Below the pieces are notes generated by a model. That model did not search any database. It saw only the letters and a program-made list of their open reading frames with translations, and had not been told where the DNA came from. A stretch of 64,000 nucleotides of DNA. Origin: an uncultured Poribacteria bacterium (GTDB taxonomy: Bacteria > Poribacteria > WGA-4E > WGA-3G). Made by a program: the position numbers and the translations under genes. The stretch covers positions 3,840,001 to 3,904,000 of the forward strand of contig OX638351.1 of the NCBI GenBank assembly GCA_951813565.1, in the 5' to 3' direction. The first letter of the stretch is position 1. Each line of letters begins with the position of its first letter. This document shows positions 30,168-41,424 of this stretch, one piece after another.

Positions 30168-31624
30168 ATGAAACACAATATATTTTCTAACAAACTTTTT
30201 ATTGGTGGACTAATAATAGGGGGTTGATTCTTACACTTGGTGTTTTCCTTATTCTCAATGCGATTATAACCCCTAATTTTAATAAAAGCAAGTTCCGAGA
30301 AGATACTGCCGTGATATCAACAAAAGGGAATAAGGCTATATATAACCCCCTAAAGAACAAGACTGCAACTAAAACCGAAAAGAATTCTACCAAACCTGAT
30401 GCTGCTGGGACCTACTTTGAAGGTACTGCAATTCCTAAATTAACAGAACAGGAATTGTGGGTTGCAATGATGACATGGCATAAAGGCCCGCAAACCGTTC
30501 AGGCACTCATGGAATCTTATCATGTAGCGTATCTTCAGCTTAAAATGCATAGAGAAATAGACAAGGTAGTCCCCCCTGAACAGTGGCTGCAAAGTTTGCT
30601 TGATAAAGGATACACTATCCTCAATTATGTTGAATATGTTCAGTATATGGATGCCCGAGTAATAACGGATAGCCTTGATAATCCCAGAGTGCGAGAGATG
30701 GAGGCGGAGGCTTTAGGAATTCCTGAATCGGATATAGAAAAACTCAAAGAAAGATATCTTGCGGAACACCTTTTTTCTCTAAAGCGCAAACACGCTTTTG
30801 AGCGCACAACGGATGAACCTATTTCGGGAGGAGTTTATATTGGAGACAAGATTCTTCCTTTTTTTCAGAACCGAGATATTGTCTACGTGCAACGTGATGT
30901 AGATAAGCTTTCTGCACAGTACCACGGTGCAATTCTTAACCACGAACAACGATTTAACCTTATCTTCAGAGGTGTTGAGCCAGAAGGAATTGAGGTCATC
31001 TACATTGATAAAATGGGCAATCAACTTGCTGAGGAACCCGCACCTGTAAGCCGCGAAGCGGTCCGAAAAATGATGGCAGAAGGTGAAGCACCACCTCCTG
31101 AAGAATGGTGGGATCCAAACGCACCCATACCAGACTCTGAGGACTTTAAAGAGTTCCTACCACCAGAAAATACAGATACTGAATTGGATTCCCGAAAACA
31201 ACGCACAAGAGAAGAATTCGAACGCACAAGAGAAGAATTCGAACGGCACGCAAAAGAAGTTGCACGACAACCCGAATTTGAACAGTTCATGCGGGAAGTC
31301 CGACAACTTGAGAAATTTGCAACTATGTCCGATGCAGAAATTGCTGCCGAACTTGAAAAACAGCTGCGTCAACAATTACTACCCGGACTTCCAACTGAGG
31401 AAAGTCTTGAAGACGCACTCCATGAAAAAGTCACCCCAAAACCGCTAACTCCAGAGCGGTTCAACAAGGCAAAGCAAATTTTGCAGAACCACGGACCAAA
31501 AGAGGGATTGCGTAGACTCGCAAAGGCTGATCCGGAACTCGCTGAGTATTTCCGTAGAAATCCGCAAAAGGTGCCGCCAAAACGCTCACAACCTTCAAAC
31601 ACTAATGACTCACAGAAGGAATAA
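30168..31624 (+). pseudogene. Membrane-anchored exported protein (paralogue of 14119..14865), frameshifted at the G5 run 30219-30223
   Basis: AAGGAG RBS + ATG reads MKHNIFSNKLFIGGLIIGG*; one extra G joins it to ORF 30224..31624. Confidence 0.6.
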
Positions 31625-31628
31625 CTTT

Positions 31629-31925
31629 ATGAAAAACATGTCCATCCTATACGGTATCGCCATCATTGCAGTTGTAGGAATCCTTGTATACTGTGTCAGT
31701 TACACAAGCGGTACAGCATCGACGGACACGCCCCAACAATTAGTAAACACGGCGAAACAAAAACAAGCGTTAAAGAAGAAATCCTGTGCGTGTTGTGATG
31801 AGAAAGGGAAGCGCGTAAAAAAAATGATGCGTGAATGGCTCAACGAAAACCCACAGGAGAATTCTTCAAACAAAGCGGTTTCTGCGACTGTAGCAGAAAA
31901 CGAACGAGCACAAATCGTTCGGTAA
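31629..31925 (+). CDS. Small exported protein with CACC motif
   Basis: AAGGA RBS, signal-like N-terminus, KSCACC. Confidence 0.65.
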   Translation: MKNMSILYGIAIIAVVGILVYCVSYTSGTASTDTPQQLVNTAKQKQALKKKSCACCDEKGKRVKKMMREWLNENPQENSSNKAVSATVAENERAQIVR

Positions 31926-32008
31926 ATGTAAGAGAACAGTTCTCTCTCAAATCGAATCTGATCCAATTGTATTATAGGGTAAACTGTTGTAAAATTTATG
32001 TAGAAATT

Positions 32009-33934
32009 ATGCAACAAGGCGAACAAATTGCAACAAATACTTTAAAAATCCGTCCATTTTCTATCCTCTTAATCTGTGTGTTGGTTCCACTGAACTGTTG
32101 GTGGGTCTCTGCCTCTATTCTGCGTGGTGGCGGTAGTCCAACGCAGGTTTCCCTTTTTTACAATGCCGTTATTACTATTTTAATTCTATTTGGGATTGGA
32201 CTCCTATTACGTCGGTTGAATCGTATCCTCGCGCTAAATCGTGCTGAGCTGCTTGTAATATACACATGCATCTCCATTGGTGCGGGACTCGCTGGCGTTG
32301 ACAGATTCCTCGTACTGATGCCCCTCATCGGACATGCACACTGGTTTGCTACACCCGAAAATGACTGGATGAACCTGTTTCATCTGCATATTCCAGAGTG
32401 GTTAGTTGTTAGCAATAAACGCGCCCTTGAAGGCTATTATTACGGATTTTCCAGTATCTATGAATCGCAGAACCTAATTGCCTGGATACCGAAAATTTTT
32501 TGGTGGACACTGTTTATTGTTGCTGTTCACCTTGTTATGTTGTGTTTGAGCCTTATATTTCGGAAGCAGTGGGTTGAATCCGAGCGACTCAGTTATCCGA
32601 TTATCCAACTGCCGTATGAAATGACAACATCTAACGGTAGATTTTTCCGATCGCCATGGATGTGGATGGGTCTGGCGATTGGTGTGTCAATTGATATAAT
32701 CAACGGATTAAATTATCTGTTTCCTGCTGTGCCGAGTCTTGGCGGCAAGCTATTTGACCTACGCAGAATCTTCACAGAACGCCCATGGAGTGGTATTGGT
32801 TGGAGTCCAATTGGTGTTTTTCCGTTTGGCGTTGGGTTATCATTCTTCATACCGCTTGATCTTTCTTTCTCGTGTTGGGCATTCTGGCTAATTTGGCGAG
32901 CAGAACGATTGGTAGGGACAATCGCTGGTTGGCGCGGTCTGCCACGCTTTCCTTATGAAGCGGAGCAGTCTCACGGCGCATATCTGGGGTTATGCGTTCT
33001 TGCTATCTGGATGAGTCGGCGGTATTTGAAACAGATTGTAGGGAGTCTTTTCACAAGGAATTACAAATGCAGTGATCGTGCCTCACCGAGTCAAGATGAA
33101 CCTATATCATATCGGCTTATTTTTTTCGCGCTGATTGCAGGCTCAGCCTTTATTGTCGGATTTTGCCTTAAGATGGGGATGAGTCTTTGGATAATCGTTA
33201 TCTATTTCGCAATCTGGTTTGCAATTGCGATTGCTATTACGAGACTCCGTGCCGAGCTTGGTTCACCTGTGCATGATTTACACTTTATCGGTCCTGATGA
33301 GATGTTGCCAAGATTAGTCGGTATCCGCAGACTGGGTGCAGTGAACTTAACCGGTTTTGCATACCTTTACTTTCTCAACCGTGCACACCGTTCGCACGCG
33401 ATGCCGCATCAACTTGAGGGATTCAAACTTGCAGAAGGTGCTAAAATTCCGATACGACGGTTCGCTATGCTGATGATGTTAGCATCTGCCTTGGGGGCAA
33501 TCGGTTCATTCTGGGCTTTTCTTTCAATGTATTATGCTGAAGGTGGCGGTCCGGGTTTTGGTAGAGAATCCTTTGGTCGGTTGGAATCATGGTTAACCTA
33601 TGCAGCGCCTCCTGATGTGCCAGCGATCAGTTTTGCAACTTTCGGATTTGTCATAACATTGCTTCTTGCAGCAATACGAATGCGGTTTATCTGGTGGAAT
33701 CTGCACCCTGTTGGATATGCTATATCGGGCAGTTGGGCAATTAACCCGATGATAGGATCAATTTTTGTCGGATGGCTACTGAAATGGCTTGTCCTAAAAT
33801 ACGGTGGTATTCGTTTGCATCGAAAGGCAATACCGTTTTTCCTCGGAATTGTCCTGGGTGAATTTGTAATTGGCGCGTTTTGGAGTCTATTGGCAGTCGC
33901 ACTTGATCAACCGATGTACCGCTTCTTGTTTTAG
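32009..33934 (+). CDS. Polytopic membrane protein, DUF6785/DUF6784-like (putative transporter)
   Basis: RKQWVE.ERLSYPI.QLP, LHPVGY, PFFLG.VLGE; many TM helices; start re-placed at the ATG at 32009. Confidence 0.7.
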   Translation: MQQGEQIATNTLKIRPFSILLICVLVPLNCWWVSASILRGGGSPTQVSLFYNAVITILILFGIGLLLRRLNRILALNRAELLVIYTCISIGAGLAGVDRFLVLMPLIGHAHWFATPENDWMNLFHLHIPEWLVVSNKRALEGYYYGFSSIYESQNLIAWIPKIFWWTLFIVAVHLVMLCLSLIFRKQWVESERLSYPIIQLPYEMTTSNGRFFRSPWMWMGLAIGVSIDIINGLNYLFPAVPSLGGKLFDLRRIFTERPWSGIGWSPIGVFPFGVGLSFFIPLDLSFSCWAFWLIWRAERLVGTIAGWRGLPRFPYEAEQSHGAYLGLCVLAIWMSRRYLKQIVGSLFTRNYKCSDRASPSQDEPISYRLIFFALIAGSAFIVGFCLKMGMSLWIIVIYFAIWFAIAIAITRLRAELGSPVHDLHFIGPDEMLPRLVGIRRLGAVNLTGFAYLYFLNRAHRSHAMPHQLEGFKLAEGAKIPIRRFAMLMMLASALGAIGSFWAFLSMYYAEGGGPGFGRESFGRLESWLTYAAPPDVPAISFATFGFVITLLLAAIRMRFIWWNLHPVGYAISGSWAINPMIGSIFVGWLLKWLVLKYGGIRLHRKAIPFFLGIVLGEFVIGAFWSLLAVALDQPMYRFLF

Positions 33935-34146
33935 TTTTGCTTGGGGTGTGCAAAGTTTTTGACATGAATACTCATTTTCTATTGTCAAAGGGGCTTCAAC
34001 CCCGATAGATCGGGCTTACAAAGCCCTCCTACAAGAAAGATAACATGGTTAATGCCCAAATATTTGCACACCTTTTGCTCAGAAAAGCGTTGCTATTTTT
34101 TCCTTTTGTGATATAATATTTCAAAAACGCGAGGCACGGTAGAAAA

Positions 34147-34815
34147 TTGAAATTATTGCAGAAGGCAAAAATTATATCAGAGACACTTGAGGATCTGCTC
34201 GGTGTTCCTACTTGGGATGGCACGGAAGATGTCTTGGAATGCCTCATCTTAACAATTTTGTCTCAGAATACCACTGATGTCAGTCGTGATAAGGGCTACG
34301 TTCAGCTCAGAGATAAATTTCCAACTTGGGAAGATGTCTTGCAAGCAGATGCAGATGCAGTAGAGGCAACAATAAAGATTGTTGGGTTAGGAAAACAGAA
34401 AACCGAGACTATCAAAAACTTTCTCGCGTGGCTCAAGGCAGAATATGGTGAGTTATCCTTAGAGTTTATCCACGATATGAAAACGGAGGAAGCATTAGAA
34501 TTCCTCTGTCAACATAAAGGTATCGGAATCAAAACTGCTTCAGTTACACTCTCTTTCGCATGTGGCAGAGAGGTTTTTCCCGTTGATACACATATCATAC
34601 GAATATCTAAACGTCTCGGGTTGGTTCAACCAAATTGCAGTACGGAAAAGGCACATTACGAGTTGCCGCAGATTATTCCGAAGGGGAAATCATATCCGTT
34701 TCACATGAACTTAATCTACTTCGGCAGACAAATATGTAATGCTCGAAAACCTTTGTGTGAACAGTGCCCTTTAACGCAGCACTGCCTTTACTATAAAGAG
34801 AACTCGCAAACTTAG
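34147..34815 (+). CDS. nth: Endonuclease III-like HhH-GPD DNA glycosylase
   Basis: ILSQNT.D, GIG.KTA, FPVDTH, C..RKP.C..CP....C. Confidence 0.85.
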   Translation: MKLLQKAKIISETLEDLLGVPTWDGTEDVLECLILTILSQNTTDVSRDKGYVQLRDKFPTWEDVLQADADAVEATIKIVGLGKQKTETIKNFLAWLKAEYGELSLEFIHDMKTEEALEFLCQHKGIGIKTASVTLSFACGREVFPVDTHIIRISKRLGLVQPNCSTEKAHYELPQIIPKGKSYPFHMNLIYFGRQICNARKPLCEQCPLTQHCLYYKENSQT

Positions 34816-34844
34816 ATCGTATCTATATTTATCGGAGATAAGAT

Positions 34845-36962
34845 ATGTTTAATTGGAGAAATTTATCATGGAAACATCTATTTGTTATGTTATTGATATT
34901 ACATATCCTGCCGCTCTGGATTTTTGCCTATTTTCCCTCTCAAGACGGTCCAAGCCACGTTTACAACGCATTGGTACTAAAAGAATATTCCAAGCACGAA
35001 AACTATAAGATACGGGATGCTTGGAAACTCAATATCACCATCTTTCCGAACTGGTTATCCCACATTGCACTTGCTGCGCTCCTCTACATTTTTCCGCCTG
35101 TGATGTCTGAGAAAATTTTTTTGACATTCGCAATTGGTATGATACCGATTGCGTTTTTCTATTTCCTTGACGCTATCCACAAAGACAAAAAAGAGAGGTT
35201 TCTGTTCGCTTGGCTCGGTTTTCCGTTTGCCTATAATTACCTTCTCTACATGGGATTTTATAACTTCACACTCAGTATCTCCTTTTTCTTCTTCAGTTTC
35301 GGATTTTGGTGGAAGCACAAAGACAATATGCAGGTTAAGCATATCTGCGTGTTGTATGTGCTGTTACTGCTCACCTATTTGTCGCACATTGCCTCTTATG
35401 GACTTGTCGTATTAGGTATGTCTCTTGCAGCCGGATGTATATGGGGATTAGGTGCATTAGTAGAAGCATGGCAAGCGCGAAGGGAACATATCGGAGAGAT
35501 GCTCAAACAATTCGTTATTAGTCTAAAGCCTTTTTTCCGCTTCCTTCTCTACATGGTACCGATCTATTTTGTCCTGATGGAATATTACCTACAAAGTCTC
35601 AAACTGCATCCAACAGGCAGCCATAGAGGGATGGACTATATTAAAGACTATTTTTTTGAAATCGGATGTCTCGTCTATTTCACACGTTGGCATGTTCATG
35701 CCAACCACTTCTTGCTCGCTGTGTTAGGAATTGCAATACTTGTTTCATTAGGTTACCGAATTTACCGTAAAGAGTGGATAAAAAGGACTGACGTATTTTT
35801 GTTGATTGCAATCCTGTTTACTTATATGTTCATCAGGGCGCCTTGGAGTTACGGACCTGGCGGGTGGATTAACGACAGAATCTATATCTATATTTTGCTG
35901 ATGTTGGCACCCTGGTTAATCATAGATATGCACAAATTCGTTCGATACGCTATTACAACCTGCCTAATTATTTTCACCTTGCTTCATTTTGGTAGGACTG
36001 CCTACGAACACGGATCCATCTCGCCAGAGATGGCTGAACTTGCATCAGGGGCAAAGTTGATAGAACCACATACGACGTTTTCCATTCGTACCGCAGATGG
36101 GCACAAATCCGAGGCACTCGGACGGGTTAACCCTGTTGCTCCTTTTATACACACACAGGCTTTTTATGGCGTGTATGCGGATGATGTTGTCCACATGGCA
36201 AACTATGAAGCTAACTATTACTACTTTCCAGTAAATCGTAACAACAAAGATAGTGTCGATTTAGGTTATATTCGCGCGGATTATGTTGTCGCTTGGTACT
36301 ATCCAGAAACCGAACTGTTTGCGGACCTAAAACCTGATTATGACATTATTTATCAAACGGAGCATCTGAAACTATTTAAAAGAAAAACGCAAGAACCGGT
36401 ACTTGATCTCTGGGATGAGACAGTGAATGGAAAGCTGATTATCCGTTTTGATATGCAACCTGACAATGCTGAAGTTGAAGAGAACCACTATATCGTTGGT
36501 CCGAAAACAATGTATGTGAGTGGTAAATATGGTTGGGATACGGAGTGGAATCCCAGAGTGCAGACGAATACCACTAACTGGAGAATTTCACCACGTGCAG
36601 CGTATCTGGGTCCGCCAGAAGGTTCTACCCCACTTACAAGGGATGCAGTCTATGGCAAAGAAGATGCTGCTTTTAGACTTGACCTGCCAAATGGCACATA
36701 TCGTGTGACCAACATTTTTCAATCAGCAGAAGAAGCAACACATGAAGTTAATATGTTGGCAAACGGTAAGCCAATTATAAAAAAACTCATTGTGCCGCCT
36801 CATAACGAAAAAGTTGAAAAGGTTGCTACCGTTGAGGTGGAGAATGGATATCTTGTTCTCGTAATTTACACGCCAAAAAAGCGAATACAGACTGATAGCA
36901 AACATATTCATTGGATATGGAACGGTTGTATCGTTGAGCAGATTACTGCGGAGGAAGAATAA
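34845..36962 (+). CDS. Membrane protein (GT-C-like TM region) with C-terminal extracytoplasmic domain
   Basis: PSQDGPSH.YN, GFYNF, about 11 TM helices. Confidence 0.55.
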   Translation: MFNWRNLSWKHLFVMLLILHILPLWIFAYFPSQDGPSHVYNALVLKEYSKHENYKIRDAWKLNITIFPNWLSHIALAALLYIFPPVMSEKIFLTFAIGMIPIAFFYFLDAIHKDKKERFLFAWLGFPFAYNYLLYMGFYNFTLSISFFFFSFGFWWKHKDNMQVKHICVLYVLLLLTYLSHIASYGLVVLGMSLAAGCIWGLGALVEAWQARREHIGEMLKQFVISLKPFFRFLLYMVPIYFVLMEYYLQSLKLHPTGSHRGMDYIKDYFFEIGCLVYFTRWHVHANHFLLAVLGIAILVSLGYRIYRKEWIKRTDVFLLIAILFTYMFIRAPWSYGPGGWINDRIYIYILLMLAPWLIIDMHKFVRYAITTCLIIFTLLHFGRTAYEHGSISPEMAELASGAKLIEPHTTFSIRTADGHKSEALGRVNPVAPFIHTQAFYGVYADDVVHMANYEANYYYFPVNRNNKDSVDLGYIRADYVVAWYYPETELFADLKPDYDIIYQTEHLKLFKRKTQEPVLDLWDETVNGKLIIRFDMQPDNAEVEENHYIVGPKTMYVSGKYGWDTEWNPRVQTNTTNWRISPRAAYLGPPEGSTPLTRDAVYGKEDAAFRLDLPNGTYRVTNIFQSAEEATHEVNMLANGKPIIKKLIVPPHNEKVEKVATVEVENGYLVLVIYTPKKRIQTDSKHIHWIWNGCIVEQITAEEE

Positions 36963-37077
36963 CCTTAAATCTAACATTTTCCGATTATGATGGAATTTAT
37001 GTGAATTTTAAATTACTGATACACACTAACCATTGTTATTCCTATAATTTCAGAATTAAATGTACAAGGAGAATTGA

Positions 37078-38271
37078 ATGATTAAACCACATGGAGCCGA
37101 AACCTTAACACCGCTTTACATATCGGATGATGCGCAACGCGCCGAACTGACGAAGGAGGCAGAAGAACTTCCGTCTGTCTTGCTCTCTTCGGGTGCAGCT
37201 GCATCAGCCGTAATGCTGGCATCGGGATACTTCACCCCGCTGACAGGATACATGAATATCGCTGAGGCAACAAACGTTGCATCTGATATGAAACTGCCCA
37301 ACGGACTTTTTTGGCCCGTTCCCATTTTGAACATTGTTTCTGATGATCAACTTACAGATGCAGTGAAAAATGCTGACCGAATTGCCTTACGCGATCCTAA
37401 CGTTGATGGCAATCCGCCACTTGCAGTGATGACGGTTTCGGCAATTGAGACGTTTACATCAGAACAAAAACATCTTATTATTGAAAAGACATTTGGAACA
37501 ACCGATCCCGAACATCCTGGTGTTCCTGCTTTTGCCGATGTCGGAGATAATGTCCTCTCTGGTTCTATTGAAGTGCTGAACTATTCCTATTTCCCTGAAG
37601 ACTTCCCTGACACATTTCGTACTGCCGTTGAGATTCGTGAAAACATTGCAGCACGCGGGTGGGAAACAGTTGTCGCTTTTCAGACGCGTAACCCGATGCA
37701 CCGCGCGCATGAAGAACTCTGTAAGATCGCGCAAAGAGAGGTTAACGCTGATGGTGTGCTAATTCACATGCTTCTCGGCAAACTAAAACCGGGTGACATC
37801 CCCGCTGCCGTTCGTGACGCCGCTATTCGCGCTATGGTCCAACACTATTTTCCTGAGAATACTGTCTCCATTACCGGCTACGGATTTGATATGCTCTACG
37901 CAGGACCACGGGAAGCATTGCTGCACGCCGTTTTCCGACAGAACAGTGGCGCGTCACACTTCATCGTTGGGCGCGACCATGCTGGTGCTGGTGATTTCTA
38001 TGGGCCTTTCGACGCACAAAAAATCTTTGATGAAATCCTCGCAGATGCATTAGAAATCGAAATTTTCCGTGGCAACTGGACGATGTGGTGCAATAAGTGC
38101 AACAAGATCATCATGATGGGTGACTGCCCACACGGACAGGATGATTATTTCTCAATCTCTGGCACGAAAATGCGTGAAATGCTTGGAGCGGGTGAACCGC
38201 TTCCACCCGAAATCTCCAGACCTGAAGTTGCTGAGATTTTAATGGAGTATTATCAAAACGAAGTAAATTAA
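37078..38271 (+). CDS. sat: Sulfate adenylyltransferase
   Basis: AFQTRNPMHRAHE, YAGPREA..HA, GRDHAG. Confidence 0.95.
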   Translation: MIKPHGAETLTPLYISDDAQRAELTKEAEELPSVLLSSGAAASAVMLASGYFTPLTGYMNIAEATNVASDMKLPNGLFWPVPILNIVSDDQLTDAVKNADRIALRDPNVDGNPPLAVMTVSAIETFTSEQKHLIIEKTFGTTDPEHPGVPAFADVGDNVLSGSIEVLNYSYFPEDFPDTFRTAVEIRENIAARGWETVVAFQTRNPMHRAHEELCKIAQREVNADGVLIHMLLGKLKPGDIPAAVRDAAIRAMVQHYFPENTVSITGYGFDMLYAGPREALLHAVFRQNSGASHFIVGRDHAGAGDFYGPFDAQKIFDEILADALEIEIFRGNWTMWCNKCNKIIMMGDCPHGQDDYFSISGTKMREMLGAGEPLPPEISRPEVAEILMEYYQNEVN

Positions 38272-39510
38272 TTGATCACCGTGCAAGCCATCCAATACAC
38301 CAAAAGCATTCCCCGTTATCTCGCAATGCGCTATCTTGGAAAAAGGTGGCGCAGTCTCTATACGTCCCCGCTCTCTTGTGTGCATCTCGTTGATATTCCA
38401 GAGCCACAACTGCCAACGCCGCAATGGGTTAAACTCAAAACGCGACTCAGCGGTATCTGTGGCTCCGATTTGGCAACGATTACCGCAAAAGGGAGTCCTT
38501 ATTTTTCTCCCTTTACATCAACACCGTTTGTCTTAGGGCATGAGATTGTCGGTGAAATTGCTGAGATTGGTGATGCGGTTGAGGGTTGGTCTATCGGTGA
38601 GAGAGTCGTTGTTGAACCAGCACTCTCTTGCATAGTCCGAGAGATTGACCCTCCGTGTCATCAGTGTCAAAACTCGCGTTTTGCCAACTGTGAAAATATC
38701 ACAAAAGGAAGCATCTCTGCAGGCATCCAGACAGGCTATTGTCGTGATACAGGCGGCGGGTGGAGTCAATATGTGCTTGCGCATCAATCACAACTGCACC
38801 TTGTCCCTGATGATATATCAGATGAATTAGCAGTTTTACTTGAACCGTTCGCGTGTTCTATACACGGTGTTTTGCAGGCTGAATTCCACGATAAAGACGA
38901 CATTTGTATAATTGGTGGCGGCACCATTGGGTTGCTTACCGTAGCCGCACTGCGAATGCTCGGATATCAAAATCGCATCCTCATTTTTGCCAAATACGCA
39001 CACCAACAGGAATTTGCCCGTGACCTCGGTGCAGATGTGGTGCTACCAGTCAATAACAGTCGTTACGCTGTTTTCAGTGAATTGACAGATGCTGAGCCGT
39101 ATCAACCTGAACTTGGGCAACAGGTTTTGCTCGGAGGGGTAGATTTAACATTCGATTGTATCGGTTCAAGTATTACAATAGACGACGCGTTACGTTTCAC
39201 GCGAGCAGGTGGTGAGGTTGTTTTACTCGGTATGCCGGGAATTCCGAAAAACATTGACTGGACATCTATCTGGTATAAGCAGTTGCGTGTAAAGGGGGCA
39301 TACGCTTACGGTTTGGAAACGTATAACGGCGAACAAATTCACACATTTCAACTCGGACTATGTCTCTTGCAGGAGCACGGAGAGCAATTGCTTCCATTGG
39401 TCGGCACACCATTTTCCATTCGAGACTACAAGCGTGCGATCCAGACCGCTCTTAATACAGGAAAATCTGCCGCAGTTAAAACCGTTTTTGATTTGCGAAC
39501 GGAGCAGTAG
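38272..39510 (+). CDS. Zinc-binding dehydrogenase (MDR)
   Basis: GICGSD, GHE, structural Zn cysteines, GGGTIG. Confidence 0.9.
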   Translation: MITVQAIQYTKSIPRYLAMRYLGKRWRSLYTSPLSCVHLVDIPEPQLPTPQWVKLKTRLSGICGSDLATITAKGSPYFSPFTSTPFVLGHEIVGEIAEIGDAVEGWSIGERVVVEPALSCIVREIDPPCHQCQNSRFANCENITKGSISAGIQTGYCRDTGGGWSQYVLAHQSQLHLVPDDISDELAVLLEPFACSIHGVLQAEFHDKDDICIIGGGTIGLLTVAALRMLGYQNRILIFAKYAHQQEFARDLGADVVLPVNNSRYAVFSELTDAEPYQPELGQQVLLGGVDLTFDCIGSSITIDDALRFTRAGGEVVLLGMPGIPKNIDWTSIWYKQLRVKGAYAYGLETYNGEQIHTFQLGLCLLQEHGEQLLPLVGTPFSIRDYKRAIQTALNTGKSAAVKTVFDLRTEQ

Positions 39511-39597
39511 AAGCGATCTATCAGGTCCAAGCAGACTTTAACAACTCTTCTATTTCTAATCCAATAGCAGGAGATGGAAGTTTATGTCGTTTATGTC

Positions 39598-39685
39598 GTA
39601 GGTTGGGTTGAACCGCAGGTGAAACCCAACATTTCCAGTACGTAGAAGCGTTGCATGTTGGGTTTCGTCCCTCAACCCAACCTAC
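39598..39685. repeat. REPIN: inverted pair of GTAG REPs
   Basis: gtaggttgggttgaacc...gaaacccaac ... gttgggtttc...tcaacccaacctac. Confidence 0.75.
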
Positions 39686-39850
39686 GATACTATTTAAATC
39701 ATTAACGTTTGTGATAAAATGCCCTGAAAAACCGAAAACTAAATAACCCTGCCATCTGATAAAAAACTTGCACACTCCCATCAACTATGCTAAAATAAAT
39801 ACAGCATTTAAGCTACAACAAACATCGTATGAGATAGGTTTATTCAGTTA

Positions 39851-41401
39851 ATGAGATACTTCACCTACTTCGGAAATCACCTCGTAAATGCCAAAATACC
39901 TGACAATTCAGAGGTGTTTTACGCTAAACCGCCGCTGCCGGGCATAAAACGTGCTGCACTCAGTGAGCATACGCAGCATGCCTATGAAAACCCACTTGAG
40001 ATGCCGCCACTGCGGGAACTCGTTGATGGCAATTCAAAGGTGCTTATCCTATTTGATGATAACTGCCAACCCTTTCCACCAACCAAAAAGCCAGATATGC
40101 GGCAGATTATGATCGAAACGCTCTTGAAGATGCTATATGAGTATGGTGTAGAAAAAAAGAATATCCAACTGATGTGTGCAGTCGCACTTCACCGGAAAAT
40201 GAAGGAACATGAACTCGCCTATATGTTAGGAAAAGATATTATGGACGAGTTCTATCCGCATCAACTCCGAAATTTTGACGCTGAGGATGCCGAACAAATT
40301 GTTGAAGTAGGGAAAACAGAACATGATGAAATTGTTGAGACGGATAAAGCTGCTCTTGACGCTGATCTAATCATTTATGTTGATATGATACAGATTCCAC
40401 TCAATGGTGGACACAAATCTGTTGCAGTAGGTCTTGGCACGTATAACTCTATCGCACCGCACCACTCACCACACATGACATCGGAATCTCCGCATGTGAT
40501 GCAACCGGAAGGTTCGCACATGCATGCTTGTATTGAACGAATGAGTCGTCTCATTCAAAAAGAGACACCGATTTTAGTGCTTGAAGCAGCGATGAATGGC
40601 GCGATATATCCCTTCCATCTCCGTTATGTTGGAAAACCCAACCAAGATTGCAACATTGCTGAGCGAGTCATCAAGGCGTTTACACCTGCAACTTTATCAC
40701 TTTTGCCAGAATCTGTCCGGTATAATATACTCAAAAGCGTGCGGACAGACTATGAACCGATAGAGGTGAATGCCGGTGACATTGATGCTGTTCACGCAAA
40801 AACGTTGGCATCAATGAAAGAGCAATTGGCAATTAATATTCCTCGCCAGTACAGCACGTTAGTGTTTGGCTTGCCCGATATGAGTCCTTATGCTGTAGAT
40901 GCGCGCATCAATCCAGTTTTGGTCGTAAGCGACATCTTGGGGTATGTTTTCAACTGGTTCTATAACAAACCGATTATTAAAAGGAACGGGGTTGTTATTA
41001 TCATGAATCCGACCTACGAGATATTTCATGAGGAGTATCACGTAGCATATAAGATGTTTTATGATGAGGTGCTCGCCGATACAACTGAACCGTTTGAGAT
41101 GCAACAGAAATATCAGGAAAAATACGCGAAGGACGAGTATTTAATTGATTGTTATCGGAACAAGTACGCGCATCACGGGTTTCATCCGTTTACTGTCTGG
41201 TATTGGGCAACTTATCCGCTGAAATATCTATCAAAGGTGATTTTGGTCGGTCCGAAAGAGCCGCGAGTGGCACAACGGTTAGGTGTTGAATGGGCAAAGG
41301 ACTTAGACGATGCGCTTGCAATAGCACGCGGAATTTCTGGCGAAGACGATGTGGTTGCCTTGACGATGCCACCGTTCTTTTATGCAAATGTAATGAGTTA
41401 A
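39851..41401 (+). CDS. LarA-like (DUF2088) lactate racemase-domain protein
   Basis: P....L..L....V.I.FDD..P, A.ALHRKM, GGHKS. Confidence 0.8.
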   Translation: MRYFTYFGNHLVNAKIPDNSEVFYAKPPLPGIKRAALSEHTQHAYENPLEMPPLRELVDGNSKVLILFDDNCQPFPPTKKPDMRQIMIETLLKMLYEYGVEKKNIQLMCAVALHRKMKEHELAYMLGKDIMDEFYPHQLRNFDAEDAEQIVEVGKTEHDEIVETDKAALDADLIIYVDMIQIPLNGGHKSVAVGLGTYNSIAPHHSPHMTSESPHVMQPEGSHMHACIERMSRLIQKETPILVLEAAMNGAIYPFHLRYVGKPNQDCNIAERVIKAFTPATLSLLPESVRYNILKSVRTDYEPIEVNAGDIDAVHAKTLASMKEQLAINIPRQYSTLVFGLPDMSPYAVDARINPVLVVSDILGYVFNWFYNKPIIKRNGVVIIMNPTYEIFHEEYHVAYKMFYDEVLADTTEPFEMQQKYQEKYAKDEYLIDCYRNKYAHHGFHPFTVWYWATYPLKYLSKVILVGPKEPRVAQRLGVEWAKDLDDALAIARGISGEDDVVALTMPPFFYANVMS

Positions 41402-41424
41402 AACCGATAACAAATTGAGAAATT

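Noticed and set aside
31835..32008. Long N-terminal extension of the membrane protein
   Set aside because: It overlaps the upstream small gene and an AT-rich intergenic stretch; the later ATG is more plausible.
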